A stretch of 64,000 nt of DNA from an uncultured delta proteobacterium (GTDB lineage Bacteria; Desulfobacterota; Zymogenia; Zymogenales; Zymogenaceae), in contig CAVTLK010000002.1 of assembly GCA_963735595.1 (NCBI GenBank), positions 768,001 to 832,000 of the forward strand, read 5' to 3'. The translations under genes were made by a program, and so were the position numbers. Below are positions 42,207-51,829 of the stretch, piece by piece. Below the pieces are notes generated by a model, which worked only from the letters and a program-made list of their open reading frames with translations, was not told the DNA's origin and did no database searches. Numbering within the stretch: position 1 is the stretch's first letter; each line of letters starts with the position of its first letter.

Positions 42207-43094
42207 ATGCTTATCATAGCCGAAAACATCAATATCATGTCCAAGACCATCGGCGAGGCGATCAGGAACCGGGAAAAGAAGCCGGTACAGGAATTGGCTG
42301 CGGAGCTGGAGAAGGCCGGCTGCCACGCCCTTGACCTCAACGCCGGGCCGGCCCGCAAGGACGGCCCCGAGCTGATGGAGTGGCTGGTCACGACGGTGCA
42401 GGAGGTTACCAAGCTCCCCCTGTCGCTCGACACTACCAACATCGAGGCGATCGAGGCCGGCCTGAAGGTCTACAGGGACCTCGGGGGGGCGCCCATCATC
42501 AACTCGATCTCGGTGAGGCCCGAGCGGATGGACGCGCTGCTGCCGGTGGCGGTTGATACCGGGGCGCGAGCCGTCGCGCTCATGCTGGGCGTCGAGGGTA
42601 TCCCGCGGGACGCCAACGAGCGGGGTGTGCTGCTGGCCGAATTTCTCTACCGGGCGTCACAGGCGGGTCTCGCCGAGACAAACATCTACGTCGACCCGAT
42701 CGTCCTTCCCATCAGCTCCCAGCAGGAGCAATTGGCGGCCTGCACCGAGTTCATGACGATGCTGCCGGAGCTTGCGCCCGGCGTCGTGTCGACCTGCGGC
42801 GTTTCCAACGTCAGCAACGGTGTTACCAATGACCTACGCCCCATCCTGAACCGCACCTACACGGCTATGCTCATGAAGCTCGGCCTGAAATCTGCCATCG
42901 TCAACGGGTTTGACCCGGTCACCATCGACCTGATGAGCGGCAAACGCCCCGATATCACCGGCATCGTCGGCCGCGTCATGGACGGCGAGACTGTAGATGA
43001 CGCATCGCTTTCGGGCGACGAGCGCGACTTCGCCAAGACGACCCGGGTGCTGCTGGGAAAGACGATATTCTCGGAGTCCTGGCTTACTATTTAG
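42207..43094 (+). CDS. acsE: Methyl-THF:corrinoid methyltransferase
   Basis: LIIAENINIMSK, LDLNAG, LSLDTTN, IINS, GVSNVSNG pterin-binding barrel. Confidence 0.92.
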   Translation: MLIIAENINIMSKTIGEAIRNREKKPVQELAAELEKAGCHALDLNAGPARKDGPELMEWLVTTVQEVTKLPLSLDTTNIEAIEAGLKVYRDLGGAPIINSISVRPERMDALLPVAVDTGARAVALMLGVEGIPRDANERGVLLAEFLYRASQAGLAETNIYVDPIVLPISSQQEQLAACTEFMTMLPELAPGVVSTCGVSNVSNGVTNDLRPILNRTYTAMLMKLGLKSAIVNGFDPVTIDLMSGKRPDITGIVGRVMDGETVDDASLSGDERDFAKTTRVLLGKTIFSESWLTI

Positions 43095-43100
43095 AAGAGT

Positions 43101-43133
43101 GTTGCGGCGGCGGGGGAACCCCGCCGTCGCAAC
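43101..43133 (+). terminator. GC-rich hairpin after acsE
   Basis: GTTGCGGCGGCGGGG-gaa-CCCCGCCGTCGCAAC; no U tract follows. Confidence 0.45.
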
Positions 43134-43294
43134 GATAAGAGGTTGTCATTGCGAGCCGCCGAAGGCGGCGTGGCAATCTCGGACGATAGTGATAAGAGGT
43201 TGTCATTGCGAGCCGCCGAAGGCGGCGTGGCAATCTCGGACGATAGTGATAAGAGGTTGTCATTGCGAGCCGCCGAAGGCGGCGTGGCAATCTC
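43134..43294. repeat. Tandem array of ~2.8 x 57-bp REP-like palindromic units
   Basis: Unit GATAAGAGGTTGTCATTGCGAGCCGCCGAAGGCGGCGTGGCAATCTCGGACGATAGT starts at 43134, 43191 and 43248. Confidence 0.92.
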
Positions 43295-43313
43295 CGACAC
43301 GGAATCTACCCTC

Positions 43314-43990
43314 ATGCCGTATCCTGCCGGAAAGGCGCAGTCCCCAACCAACTACGAGGCCGCCCTCGCGGCGGCGCGGGACGGCCTCGCCCGGGCGGAC
43401 GTCCGGCTCCAGGCCGGGCGCCTCGGCGGGAATCCTCGATACCGGACGGGACGGGGGACAAACCGTAATCTTCCCGTGCATGGGGGCGACCTACCGTATC
43501 AGCCTTTCCGACGGCGCCGTCTCCCGTGACGGGAGCGCGCTATCGGCCCGATCGGCCCCCTGAGCATATTCGCCGAAATCCTCATCCTTCACGCCCTGCT
43601 CCGGCACACCGGAAGGCCCCCCCGTGGGGGACTGGATCGCATTTTCGGACATCCCCGACGGGCTCCTGTACGGCGGCGTCTATGAAAAGCGGACGGCGGG
43701 GCGGCTGGCCTGCGATGCTTTCGGGCGCGGGAGACCGGCTCAAGGCCGCGGCCGAGCGGTTGGGAGGGCGTACCGCGGCGCTCGGGGGAGACGCATCCGC
43801 AGTCCTGGAGCCGTTTTCCGGCGTGCCGGTTGGAATCGTCTTCTGGGAGCCCGACGACCGGTTCACCCCCGCGGTTACGTTTCTCTACGACAGGACGATT
43901 ACGGAGATATTCCCGGCGGAAGATATCGTCGTTTTGACCCAGTGGGTGACCGAAGAGATGATTCGCATCATCAAGGAGACGGCCCCATGA
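43314..43990 (+). CDS. DUF3786-like protein (multiple frameshifts)
   Basis: NYEAALAAARDGL; GDWIAFSDIPDGLLYG; LEPFSGVPVGIVFWEPDDRF...FLYDRTI...EDIVVL. Confidence 0.75.
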
Positions 43991-44770
43991 AGATTGCCGT
44001 CAGCGGAAAGGGCGGCGTGGGCAAGACCACCCTCGTCCTGCTCCTGGCACGCCATTTCCGAGACCGGGGTGCGGGCGTGATCCTTGTGGACGCAGACCCG
44101 GACGGGAACCTGGCCGCGGGAATGGGGATCGACCCCGCGATCGGTTACCCCGATCTCGGCCATGAAGGATCTGATCGCCGAGCGCACCGGCGCCGCGCCG
44201 GGAAAGCCGGGAGGCCTGTTCCTTCTCAATCCGCGCGTGGACGACCTGCCGGAAACGGTCGCGGTTCAGAAGGACGGCATCCGCCTGCTCGTGATGGGTA
44301 CGGTGCGGCGGGGGGGAGGGGGGTGTATCTGCCCCGAGAGCGCCCTGGTCAGGGCGCTGGTCGGCCACCTTATCCTCGAACGGGACGAGGTGGTGATCAT
44401 GGACATGGAGGCGGGTATCGAGCACCTCGGCCGCGGGACGGCCCGCGCCGTGGACATCCTGATCGTCGTGGTGGAGCCGGGCAGACGCAGCGTCGAGACG
44501 GCAAACCGGGTACGGGCGCTCGCGGCCGACATCGGCATCGAAAAGATCGCCGTGGTGGGGAACAAGGTCAGGGATACGGGGGACGAACAATTCCTGCGGA
44601 CGGCGATGCCCGATTTCGACTTCCTCGGGTTCATCCCGTATTCGGCCGAGGTCATTCAGGCAGATATGGTCAGTGGGGCCGGCGGCGGGATATCGCCCGC
44701 CGATTCGCTGGTTACTGCCGCTGCGGGCCGGATTGTACAGCGGCTCATCGATAAAAAGCCGGTCACGTAG
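43987..44770 (+). CDS. cooC: Second CooC-type ATPase (frameshift ~44140)
   Basis: MKIAVSGKGGVGKTT, DADPDGNL, GGGGCICPE, DMEAGIEHLGRGTA. Confidence 0.9.
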
Positions 44771-44794
44771 ATCGAGGCCCCGGCCTCGGGCCCT

Positions 44795-45646
44795 TTACTT
44801 CATGGCCTTTTCCGCCGCCTTCAGCGTATTCTTCAACAGCATCGCCCTGGTCATGAGCCCCACCCCCCCCGGGACCGGGGTGATCAGCGAGGCGCGCTTG
44901 CAGGCCTCATCAAAATCCACGTCTCCCACGAGCTTGCCGTCGGGCATCCGGTTGATCCCCACGTCGATAACCACCGCCCCCTCCTTTATCCACGGTCCCT
45001 GGATCATCCGCGGCTTTCCGGTGGCGGCCACCAGGATATCGGCCTCTGAAACGCGGCGCGCAAGGTCGGTCGTCCGGGAGTGGCAGACGGTGATGGTGGC
45101 GTGCTCGCGCATGAGCATCAGCGCGACGGGTTTGCCCACGATGTTGGAGCGGCCGACGATAACGGCGGACTTCCCCTTGACGGCCACGTCGTAGCGGCGC
45201 AGCAGCTCCATGACGCCGGACGGCGTGCAGGGCTCCAGGAACGCCTCGGACGCGAGCAGCCTCCCGAAGTTCTCGGGCGTAATCCCGTCCACGTCTTTAG
45301 CCGGGTCGATCCGCCCGATGACGGCCTCGGTGTTGATGTGGCCGGGCAGGGGAAGCTGGACGAGGATACCGTGGACGGCGCGGTCGGCATTGAGGCGGTC
45401 GATGAGCGCCGCGACCTCGTCCTCTTTCGTATCGACGGCCATACGGTGGGTGATGGAATCGATGCCGACCTCGGTCGCGTCCTTCTCCTTGTGGCCGACG
45501 TAGACCTGGGACGCCGGGTCATCGCCCACCAGCACGACCGCGAGATGGGGGACAAGGCCGGTCTTTTCCTTCAGGGCGGCGACGTCCCGGGCAACCTCGG
45601 CCCGGACGAGCCGGGCGATCTCTTTTCCGTCGATGATCTGTGCCAT
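44795..45646 (-). CDS. folD: Methylene-THF dehydrogenase/cyclohydrolase
   Basis: [41 protein letters not shown]. Confidence 0.97.
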   Translation of the reverse strand: MAQIIDGKEIARLVRAEVARDVAALKEKTGLVPHLAVVLVGDDPASQVYVGHKEKDATEVGIDSITHRMAVDTKEDEVAALIDRLNADRAVHGILVQLPLPGHINTEAVIGRIDPAKDVDGITPENFGRLLASEAFLEPCTPSGVMELLRRYDVAVKGKSAVIVGRSNIVGKPVALMLMREHATITVCHSRTTDLARRVSEADILVAATGKPRMIQGPWIKEGAVVIDVGINRMPDGKLVGDVDFDEACKRASLITPVPGGVGLMTRAMLLKNTLKAAEKAMK

Positions 45647-45659
45647 ACCTACTCCGCTT

Positions 45660-45848
45660 TTATATACCACAAATGACGACCCGGTGGTTCATCAGGTCGA
45701 TAAGCTCGATGCGGCCGGGTACCTCCTGGGACCTGCCGAGGATATCCTCTACATAAACAGCGCCCGGCGCCGGCCTGATCAAGACCACGTCTTCGAGGAC
45801 GAGCCGCTCATCTTCGCCGTCTCTAAAATATACGCTCGATTCGCACAT
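45660..45848 (-). CDS. cooT: CooT-family nickel-binding protein
   Basis: MCESSVY (Cys2)...VLEDVV...EDILG...IDLMNHRVV; 62 aa. Confidence 0.8.
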   Translation of the reverse strand: MCESSVYFRDGEDERLVLEDVVLIRPAPGAVYVEDILGRSQEVPGRIELIDLMNHRVVICGI

Positions 45849-45900
45849 ACTATGCCTCTCCAGCCGGCCTCCCGATGTCACGCCCGGGGGCGTTCGCGGG

Positions 45901-47796
45901 CTAAAAGAGCCCCCGGATCGTCTCGGTGGCCGGGTCGATATCGACGTCCATGAAGGCGGGCCGGGACGGCAATCCCGGCATCGTGCGCATCTCACCGCAC
46001 AGGGGGTAGATGAAACCCGCCCCGGCCGAGATGCGGATGTCTTCGATGGGCAGCAGGTAGCCTTCGGGCACCCCCTTCAGCGCCGGGTCGTGGGAGATTG
46101 ACAGGTGCGTCTTTGCCATACAGATGGGGAGCCCCCCAAGGCCGAACCTGTTGATGAGCTTGATCCTCTTCACGGCGTCCGGGTATAGCTCGATATCCTC
46201 GGCGTTGTAAAACTCCCGGGCAATGGTGCGGATCTTCTCTTCGATGGGGATATCCAGCGGATACAGGAACCGGAAGTCCTTCTTCTTTTCGCAGGCCCCG
46301 GCCACCCCCCGCGCCAGCTCGATGGCCCCGTCGCCCCCCTTCTCCCATGCCTCGCTCAGGTACGCCCCTTCGGCGCCCGCGGCGACAGCCGCCTGCCTGA
46401 TGATGTCGATCTCGCGGTCGCTGTCGGTCAAGAAACGGTTGACGGCCACGACCACCGGAACGCCGAACTTGCGGCAGTTCCTGACGTGAAACGTGAGGTT
46501 GGGAAGCCCGGCCGTCACGAGCTCACAGTTTTCCGTCCGGTAGGCGGCGTCAAGCGACCGCCCCGGCGATACCTGGGGGCCGCCGCCGTGCATCTTGAGG
46601 GCGCGGACCGTCGCCACGATCACGATGCAGTCGGGGGATAACCCCGACGCCCTGCATTTGATATTGATGAATTTCTCAAGCCCGCACTCCGCCCCGAAGC
46701 CCGCTTCGGTTATCACGTAGCCGCCCGATGCGAGCTTGAGGGCGATGGCGTCGGCGATGATCGACGAGTTGCCGTGGGCGATATTGGCAAAGGGCCCGGT
46801 ATGGACGAAGACCGGGCTTTTTGCCATCGTCTGCATCAGGTTGGGCTTGAGCGCGTCTTTGAGCAGCACCGTCATGGCCCCGGCCACGCCCAGGTCCTCG
46901 GCGGTGAGGGGCTCGCCCCGGCGGCTCATCCCAAAGATGATGCGGCTGATCCTCCGCCGGAGGTCGGCGAGGTCCGTGGCCAGCGCCAGGACCGCCATGA
47001 TCTCGGAGGCCACGGCGATGTCAAACCCATTCTGACGGGTCAGGCCGTCCAGCGGCCCGCCCAGCCCCGTGACGATGTTGCGCAGCGACGAATCGCTCAC
47101 GTCGACCACCCGCCGCCAGAAGACGTTATGGTCGTCTATATCCAGGTACGAAAACCGGAGCTTCTCGGTCTCCGAGAAGTCCGCGGGGCGTTTACCCGGA
47201 TCGATGCCGAGCCGTTCGAGGCGGTGCTTCTGCCAGTCGGTAAAACGTCCGTCCTTTACCAGTATGTCAAAAAGCTCGGACGCGCTCCTGCGGGATTCAT
47301 GGAGCCTGCGGGCGTCGATGGCCGCTGCCATCAGGTTGTGGGCAACGGCCACGGCGTGGATGTCGCCGGTCAGGTGGAGGTTGAATTCCTCCATCGGGAC
47401 GACCTGCGAATACCCGCCGCCGGCAGCCCCCCCCTTTATCCCGAAGGTCGGCCCCATGGAAGGCTGGCGGATGCAGGTAAAGACGGGCTTGCCGAGGGCG
47501 GCGAAGCCCTGGGAGAGCCCGATGGTGGTAATGGTCTTACCCTCTCCGAGCGGGGTCGGGTTGATGGCGGTAACGACGACGTACTTTCCGTCGGGCCGGT
47601 CGGCAATCGTACCGAGGATGCCGGGCTGGACCTTGGCCTTATAGTCCCCGTACGGCAGGAGGTAACGGGCTTCGATGCCGGCCGCCCGGGCCACGTCGGC
47701 AATGGGGGCGACGGACGCCGCCTGAGAGATTTCAAGGTCGCTTGGGAATCGTGCGGGGCTGTGCTGCTGCATGGTCTCCTCGTAAAGGTTTTTCAT
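45901..47796 (-). CDS. fhs: Formate--tetrahydrofolate ligase
   Basis: TPLGEGKT, GIKGGAAGGGYSQV, NLHLTGD, GPFANIAHG, TEAGFG, VATVRALKMHGG, TMPGLP. Confidence 0.97.
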   Translation of the reverse strand: MKNLYEETMQQHSPARFPSDLEISQAASVAPIADVARAAGIEARYLLPYGDYKAKVQPGILGTIADRPDGKYVVVTAINPTPLGEGKTITTIGLSQGFAALGKPVFTCIRQPSMGPTFGIKGGAAGGGYSQVVPMEEFNLHLTGDIHAVAVAHNLMAAAIDARRLHESRRSASELFDILVKDGRFTDWQKHRLERLGIDPGKRPADFSETEKLRFSYLDIDDHNVFWRRVVDVSDSSLRNIVTGLGGPLDGLTRQNGFDIAVASEIMAVLALATDLADLRRRISRIIFGMSRRGEPLTAEDLGVAGAMTVLLKDALKPNLMQTMAKSPVFVHTGPFANIAHGNSSIIADAIALKLASGGYVITEAGFGAECGLEKFINIKCRASGLSPDCIVIVATVRALKMHGGGPQVSPGRSLDAAYRTENCELVTAGLPNLTFHVRNCRKFGVPVVVAVNRFLTDSDREIDIIRQAAVAAGAEGAYLSEAWEKGGDGAIELARGVAGACEKKKDFRFLYPLDIPIEEKIRTIAREFYNAEDIELYPDAVKRIKLINRFGLGGLPICMAKTHLSISHDPALKGVPEGYLLPIEDIRISAGAGFIYPLCGEMRTMPGLPSRPAFMDVDIDPATETIRGLF

Positions 47797-47898
47797 TATA
47801 CCAGAACGGCGGCAAATCACAACTGAATCGTTATCGTGTCCCGGTTTTGTTCGTTCCCCTCCGCCTGCAGGGGCGCCGCCGCCGGGCCGATCGCGGTA

Positions 47899-47927
47899 TT
47901 GACACGGGCGCACCGCTGTGGAATAAT
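47899..47927 (+). promoter_or_regulatory. Sigma70-type promoter
   Basis: TTGACA-17-AATAAT, 30 bp before the crotonase ATG. Confidence 0.45.
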
Positions 47928-47957
47928 GGAACGCCCTATTGTTTTACGGAGACATCA

Positions 47958-48752
47958 ATGGAATATCGGTTACTCACCCTCGAGCAGCAGGACAAGACCG
48001 CGGTCGTCAGGATATCGCGGCCGGAAAAAAAGAATGCCCTCTCGATTGACCTGATCGAGGAGCTGTCGCTCATGGCCGAAGATCTCAAGAAGCGCACCGA
48101 CATCATCGCGGTGGTGCTTACCGGCGGCGACTCCTACTTCTCTCCCGGCGTGGACCTGTCCGACCCGAAGCTTTATGCCCTCTTCGGCGAAGGATTGGCC
48201 GAAAAACGCCGGGCGATGGAATACGCCCCCCGGATGTGCCGGGCATGGGAGGAGCTGGATCAATTCACGATCGCGGCGATCGAGGGGTTTTGCGTCGGTG
48301 GGGCGGTGGCGCTGACCTCCGCCCTCGACTTTCGGGTGATGGCCGAGTCCTCGTTTATCCGGGTTTCGGAGATCGTCCTGGGCATGAACATGAGCTGGGC
48401 CACGCTGCCGCGCCTCGTCCACCTCGTGGGCCCGGCCCGCGCCAAGGAGATCGTCATCTTCGCGGACAGGGTAACGGCTGCGGAGGCCTATGAGTGGGGG
48501 TTCGCCCAGCGGAAAACGGCGGACGGCAACGCCCTGTCGGTTGCGCGTACAATCGCCGAACACGTGGCCGAACGGCCGCCCGTCCCGGTCGCCATGACCA
48601 AACAGACGATCAACGCCCTGACGACGGCGATGGACCGCCTGGCCTCGCACATGGATACGGACCAGTTCATCCTCTCGATCATGTCGGAGGATTTCAAGGA
48701 GGGAGTCGCCGCGTTCCAGGCCAAGCGGAAACCCAACTTCACCGGACGTTGA
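47958..48752 (+). CDS. Enoyl-CoA hydratase/isomerase family protein
   Basis: RPEKKNAL, FSPGVDL, AAIEGFCVGG, SEIVLG, EDFKEGVAAFQAKRKPNF. Confidence 0.9.
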   Translation: MEYRLLTLEQQDKTAVVRISRPEKKNALSIDLIEELSLMAEDLKKRTDIIAVVLTGGDSYFSPGVDLSDPKLYALFGEGLAEKRRAMEYAPRMCRAWEELDQFTIAAIEGFCVGGAVALTSALDFRVMAESSFIRVSEIVLGMNMSWATLPRLVHLVGPARAKEIVIFADRVTAAEAYEWGFAQRKTADGNALSVARTIAEHVAERPPVPVAMTKQTINALTTAMDRLASHMDTDQFILSIMSEDFKEGVAAFQAKRKPNFTGR

Positions 48753-48919
48753 TTCGTCCAGACTCTGCAGGCCTGCCGCCGTTATCCGGGGTCCCCGCCG
48801 GCGTCCGCCGTTGGTCCGAGCGCGGATAGAAACGCGCCCGGTTTGCCGCCTTTTCTTGACCTTTGCTTGACACGCCGGTAAAAATATATTAAGGTCTACC
48901 TTCATCAATAACCTTCCGG

Positions 48920-50173
48920 GTGAGTTACGATATGGTAGATACCACGCTGCTGCTTCACGCAAACCTCCTCTACGCGGAATTCCCCTTTGCCGAGATACCC
49001 AACGTCGTCGACAGGAGCTATCTGCCGGTACTGGAGATGCTCGAAAAGAACCCCCAGTACAAGATCGTCCTCAACGTGACGGGGTTTACGCTGGACGTGC
49101 TGTCCGGCGCGTTTCCCGAATACGGCAAGTACCCGGAGGTCATCGCCCTGATCAAGACGCTCGTCAAGCGGGGCCAGGTGGAGATCACCGGGACGAGCTG
49201 GACCCACGCGATCCTTCCGCTCATGACGACCGATGACGTCCGGCGGGACGTCGAGCGCTACCTCGATACGGCAAAACGGGTGCTCGGGACGAGGCCCACC
49301 GGGTTTTTCCCGCCGGAGCTTTCCATCGACCCGCTGCTGCCGTCGATCCTGACGGACCTCGGCTTCTCGTGGTGTTTCGTCGACCACGGGCTGCTGCGTT
49401 ACACAACGGAGGGCCTGCTCAACGTCGCCAACGATTTCAAGCCGGTGCCCCGCTCGCTGCACAAGCAGATCGCGGGGGCCATGCAGATGAACCCGCTGCG
49501 CCAGCTGTGGCTCCTGATGAAGATGAAAAAATCGATCAGGACGTTGACGGATCTTTCCCCGTTCGTCTGGAACGGCGCCGGGGCCGCGTCGCTGGTCGCG
49601 TTTCGGAGCGTCCAGCAGTGGAACGCCTGGACGCTGTCGAGCCTGGGCCGGATGGCTATCATGAACGAGAAGCGGCTCTACAAGATGCTGGATGCCGTCG
49701 CACCGACGCTCTCCGGCTTTTTCCTGCCGTTTTCCACCGACTTCGAGTTCTACGGTTACCGGGGCAACGTCCTGGAGGATGCGATCCCGATCTCACGGCT
49801 GGCGGGCTTCCTCGAGTATATCCACCAGAGCCCGCACCTGTCGTTCACCCTTCCGTCGGAGTATCTCGCAAAGACCGATACCGCCTCGCTCACAGCTCAC
49901 TACCTGCGCTCCGGCAGCTGGAGCACCGATGCGGATTTCGCGCTCTGGGACGCCGACCCGGACAACCGGCGGCTCAACGATTTCGTGCGGGAGGTCAAGG
50001 GCCTCTACGACCGCCGGGCAGACGCGCTGTCCAAGTCCGACCGGGAGATTGTCGAGAAATACCTGCTGCTGGCCCAGGGGAGCGACGGCAGGGGATGGAC
50101 GCCCATACCGGAGCACCGGCTCTTTTGCTACAACGCGGCCCTCTCTGCGCTCACTATCCTCAAGGGGAAGTGA
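48920..50173 (+). CDS. GH57 glycoside hydrolase, alpha-galactosidase-like
   Basis: HANLLYAE, THAILPL, FFPPE, TDFEFYG, GSW, AQGSDGRGW. Confidence 0.85.
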   Translation: MSYDMVDTTLLLHANLLYAEFPFAEIPNVVDRSYLPVLEMLEKNPQYKIVLNVTGFTLDVLSGAFPEYGKYPEVIALIKTLVKRGQVEITGTSWTHAILPLMTTDDVRRDVERYLDTAKRVLGTRPTGFFPPELSIDPLLPSILTDLGFSWCFVDHGLLRYTTEGLLNVANDFKPVPRSLHKQIAGAMQMNPLRQLWLLMKMKKSIRTLTDLSPFVWNGAGAASLVAFRSVQQWNAWTLSSLGRMAIMNEKRLYKMLDAVAPTLSGFFLPFSTDFEFYGYRGNVLEDAIPISRLAGFLEYIHQSPHLSFTLPSEYLAKTDTASLTAHYLRSGSWSTDADFALWDADPDNRRLNDFVREVKGLYDRRADALSKSDREIVEKYLLLAQGSDGRGWTPIPEHRLFCYNAALSALTILKGK

Positions 50174-50242
50174 CGGCGGCGGCGCGCACCGCAAGGGCCT
50201 GAAATATCATGATAAACCTCGATTCACTGATAAGGAGCTGCC

Positions 50243-51028
50243 ATGTCCGAACTCTTAATTGACAAGCGCGATAACGTGGGGATCGTAACCCTCAACCGCC
50301 CCGACAACATGAATGCTCTGACGTTTGGCATGATCAAGGGCCTGATCTCCTATTTCCAGGACGCCGAGCAGGACGACTCGATCCGCGCGATAATCCTCAC
50401 GGGCAGCGGCCGGGCGTTTTGCACCGGGGCCGACCTCGTGTCGGGCGCGGGGCGCACCGACATGACCACGGCAATGGGGATGAAGCTCTCGGCCCACCTC
50501 TACGGCAAGGTCTACTTCAGCATGGCCAACTGCGAAAAACCCATCGTCAACGTGATCAACGGTACGGCCGCCGGCGCCGGCGTCAACATCGCGCTGGGGG
50601 GCGATATCATCGTGGCGGGGGAAGGAGTGAAATTCATCGAGGTCTTCGTCAGGCGGGGCCTGGTGCCCGACGCGGGGGGATGCTTCCTGCTGCCGCGGAT
50701 CGTGGGGCTGGCGCGGGCAAAAGAGATCATGTTCTTCGGCGAGGACATCCTTGCCGAGAAGGCCCTTGATATGGGGCTGATCCACCGGGTATTCCCCAAG
50801 GAAACGCTCATGGACGAGGCAATGGCGCTGGCGTCGCGGCTGGCGGCGGGCCCGACGCGCTCCATCGGGATGATCAAGAAGATGCTCAACCGCTCGTTTG
50901 ACGTGGACATGCAGACGATGCTCGAATTCGAGAGCGCGTTCCAGGGCATCGCCGTGACCACCGAGGACGCCCGGGAGGGGGTCATGTCGTTTATCGAGAA
51001 ACGTCCGCCGAAGTTTCAGGGGAAGTAG
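50243..51028 (+). CDS. Enoyl-CoA hydratase/isomerase (PaaG-like)
   Basis: LNRPDNMNAL, AFCTGADL, NGTAAGAG, GLVPDAGG, EDAREGV..F.EKRPP. Confidence 0.9.
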   Translation: MSELLIDKRDNVGIVTLNRPDNMNALTFGMIKGLISYFQDAEQDDSIRAIILTGSGRAFCTGADLVSGAGRTDMTTAMGMKLSAHLYGKVYFSMANCEKPIVNVINGTAAGAGVNIALGGDIIVAGEGVKFIEVFVRRGLVPDAGGCFLLPRIVGLARAKEIMFFGEDILAEKALDMGLIHRVFPKETLMDEAMALASRLAAGPTRSIGMIKKMLNRSFDVDMQTMLEFESAFQGIAVTTEDAREGVMSFIEKRPPKFQGK

Positions 51029-51269
51029 GAGAAACGGCGGGAGTGCAGCAACTTTTTTTAGGGATTGTTTCGAAATTATGGTGGCGTCATATATCTATAT
51101 GGCGTCACTTTTGTTTTATGGTTTGTCGTATTATTGAGGGGGATGAGGGGGAAGGTCAGGGGTATATCCGTGTTTTCACGGTTAATCTGAGAATATTCGG
51201 TTGTCCTTTTCGCTGAGTATGCTATATTTCGTTCGGAAGGGAATTAGCGTTAAAATCCCTCGGGAAAGA

Positions 51270-51812
51270 ATGAAAAAGAAAAAAGTCGACGTTGGGCAAT
51301 TTGTCGGCGATACAAAGAACCCTGAAGGTGCCAGCGAAGAGTTTTTAGAAAAAACGGCTCCTCTTATAGGCTATATCGTCCATAGCTTCAATTCACTTGA
51401 GCAGCTACTAAACGATACTATTTGTCAGCTATTCCATGACGATATGGATTTTATGGGCCTGATAGTAATTCATAAATTAAACTACTCCGCAAAAGTCGAT
51501 CTGTTTAAACGTTTCCTAATTGAACAGCAGACTATGATGGGAATGGAGCTACCGGTTTTCGATAGTCTTGTTAAAAACCTAGAAAAGGCGGGAGAGCTTA
51601 GAAATCAGGTAATACATGCTGACTGGGAAAGCGCCCATGCCGATGGTTATACTCTATGCAAGCTAGTCATAAATACCAAGAATGGCTTTCAGCAGGAATA
51701 CATTCAATTTACGCCTGAAGCCCTAGAGGAAATCCTGCAGCTAATCGATGAAACATACTCTATGTTCGAAAAATACGAGGAAGAACGAGAGACAGCATAT
51801 GCCAATTATTAA
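51270..51812 (+). CDS. AT-rich hypothetical protein with HEPN-like RxxxxH motif
   Basis: IGYIVHSFNSLE...LRNQVIHADW; helical character; visibly lower GC than the flanks. Confidence 0.6.
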   Translation: MKKKKVDVGQFVGDTKNPEGASEEFLEKTAPLIGYIVHSFNSLEQLLNDTICQLFHDDMDFMGLIVIHKLNYSAKVDLFKRFLIEQQTMMGMELPVFDSLVKNLEKAGELRNQVIHADWESAHADGYTLCKLVINTKNGFQQEYIQFTPEALEEILQLIDETYSMFEKYEEERETAYANY

Positions 51813-51829
51813 GACTAAGTAATTAGTTG

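Noticed and set aside
43134..43294. Possible CRISPR array
   Set aside because: The linkers between palindromic cores are identical rather than unique spacers, and there are no cas genes; it is a tandem REP-like repeat.
42997..43563. ORFs with repeated peptides (IRGCHCEPPKAAWQS; SLRAAEGGVAIS)
   Set aside because: These are translations of the 57-bp DNA repeat (a multiple of 3), not credible proteins.
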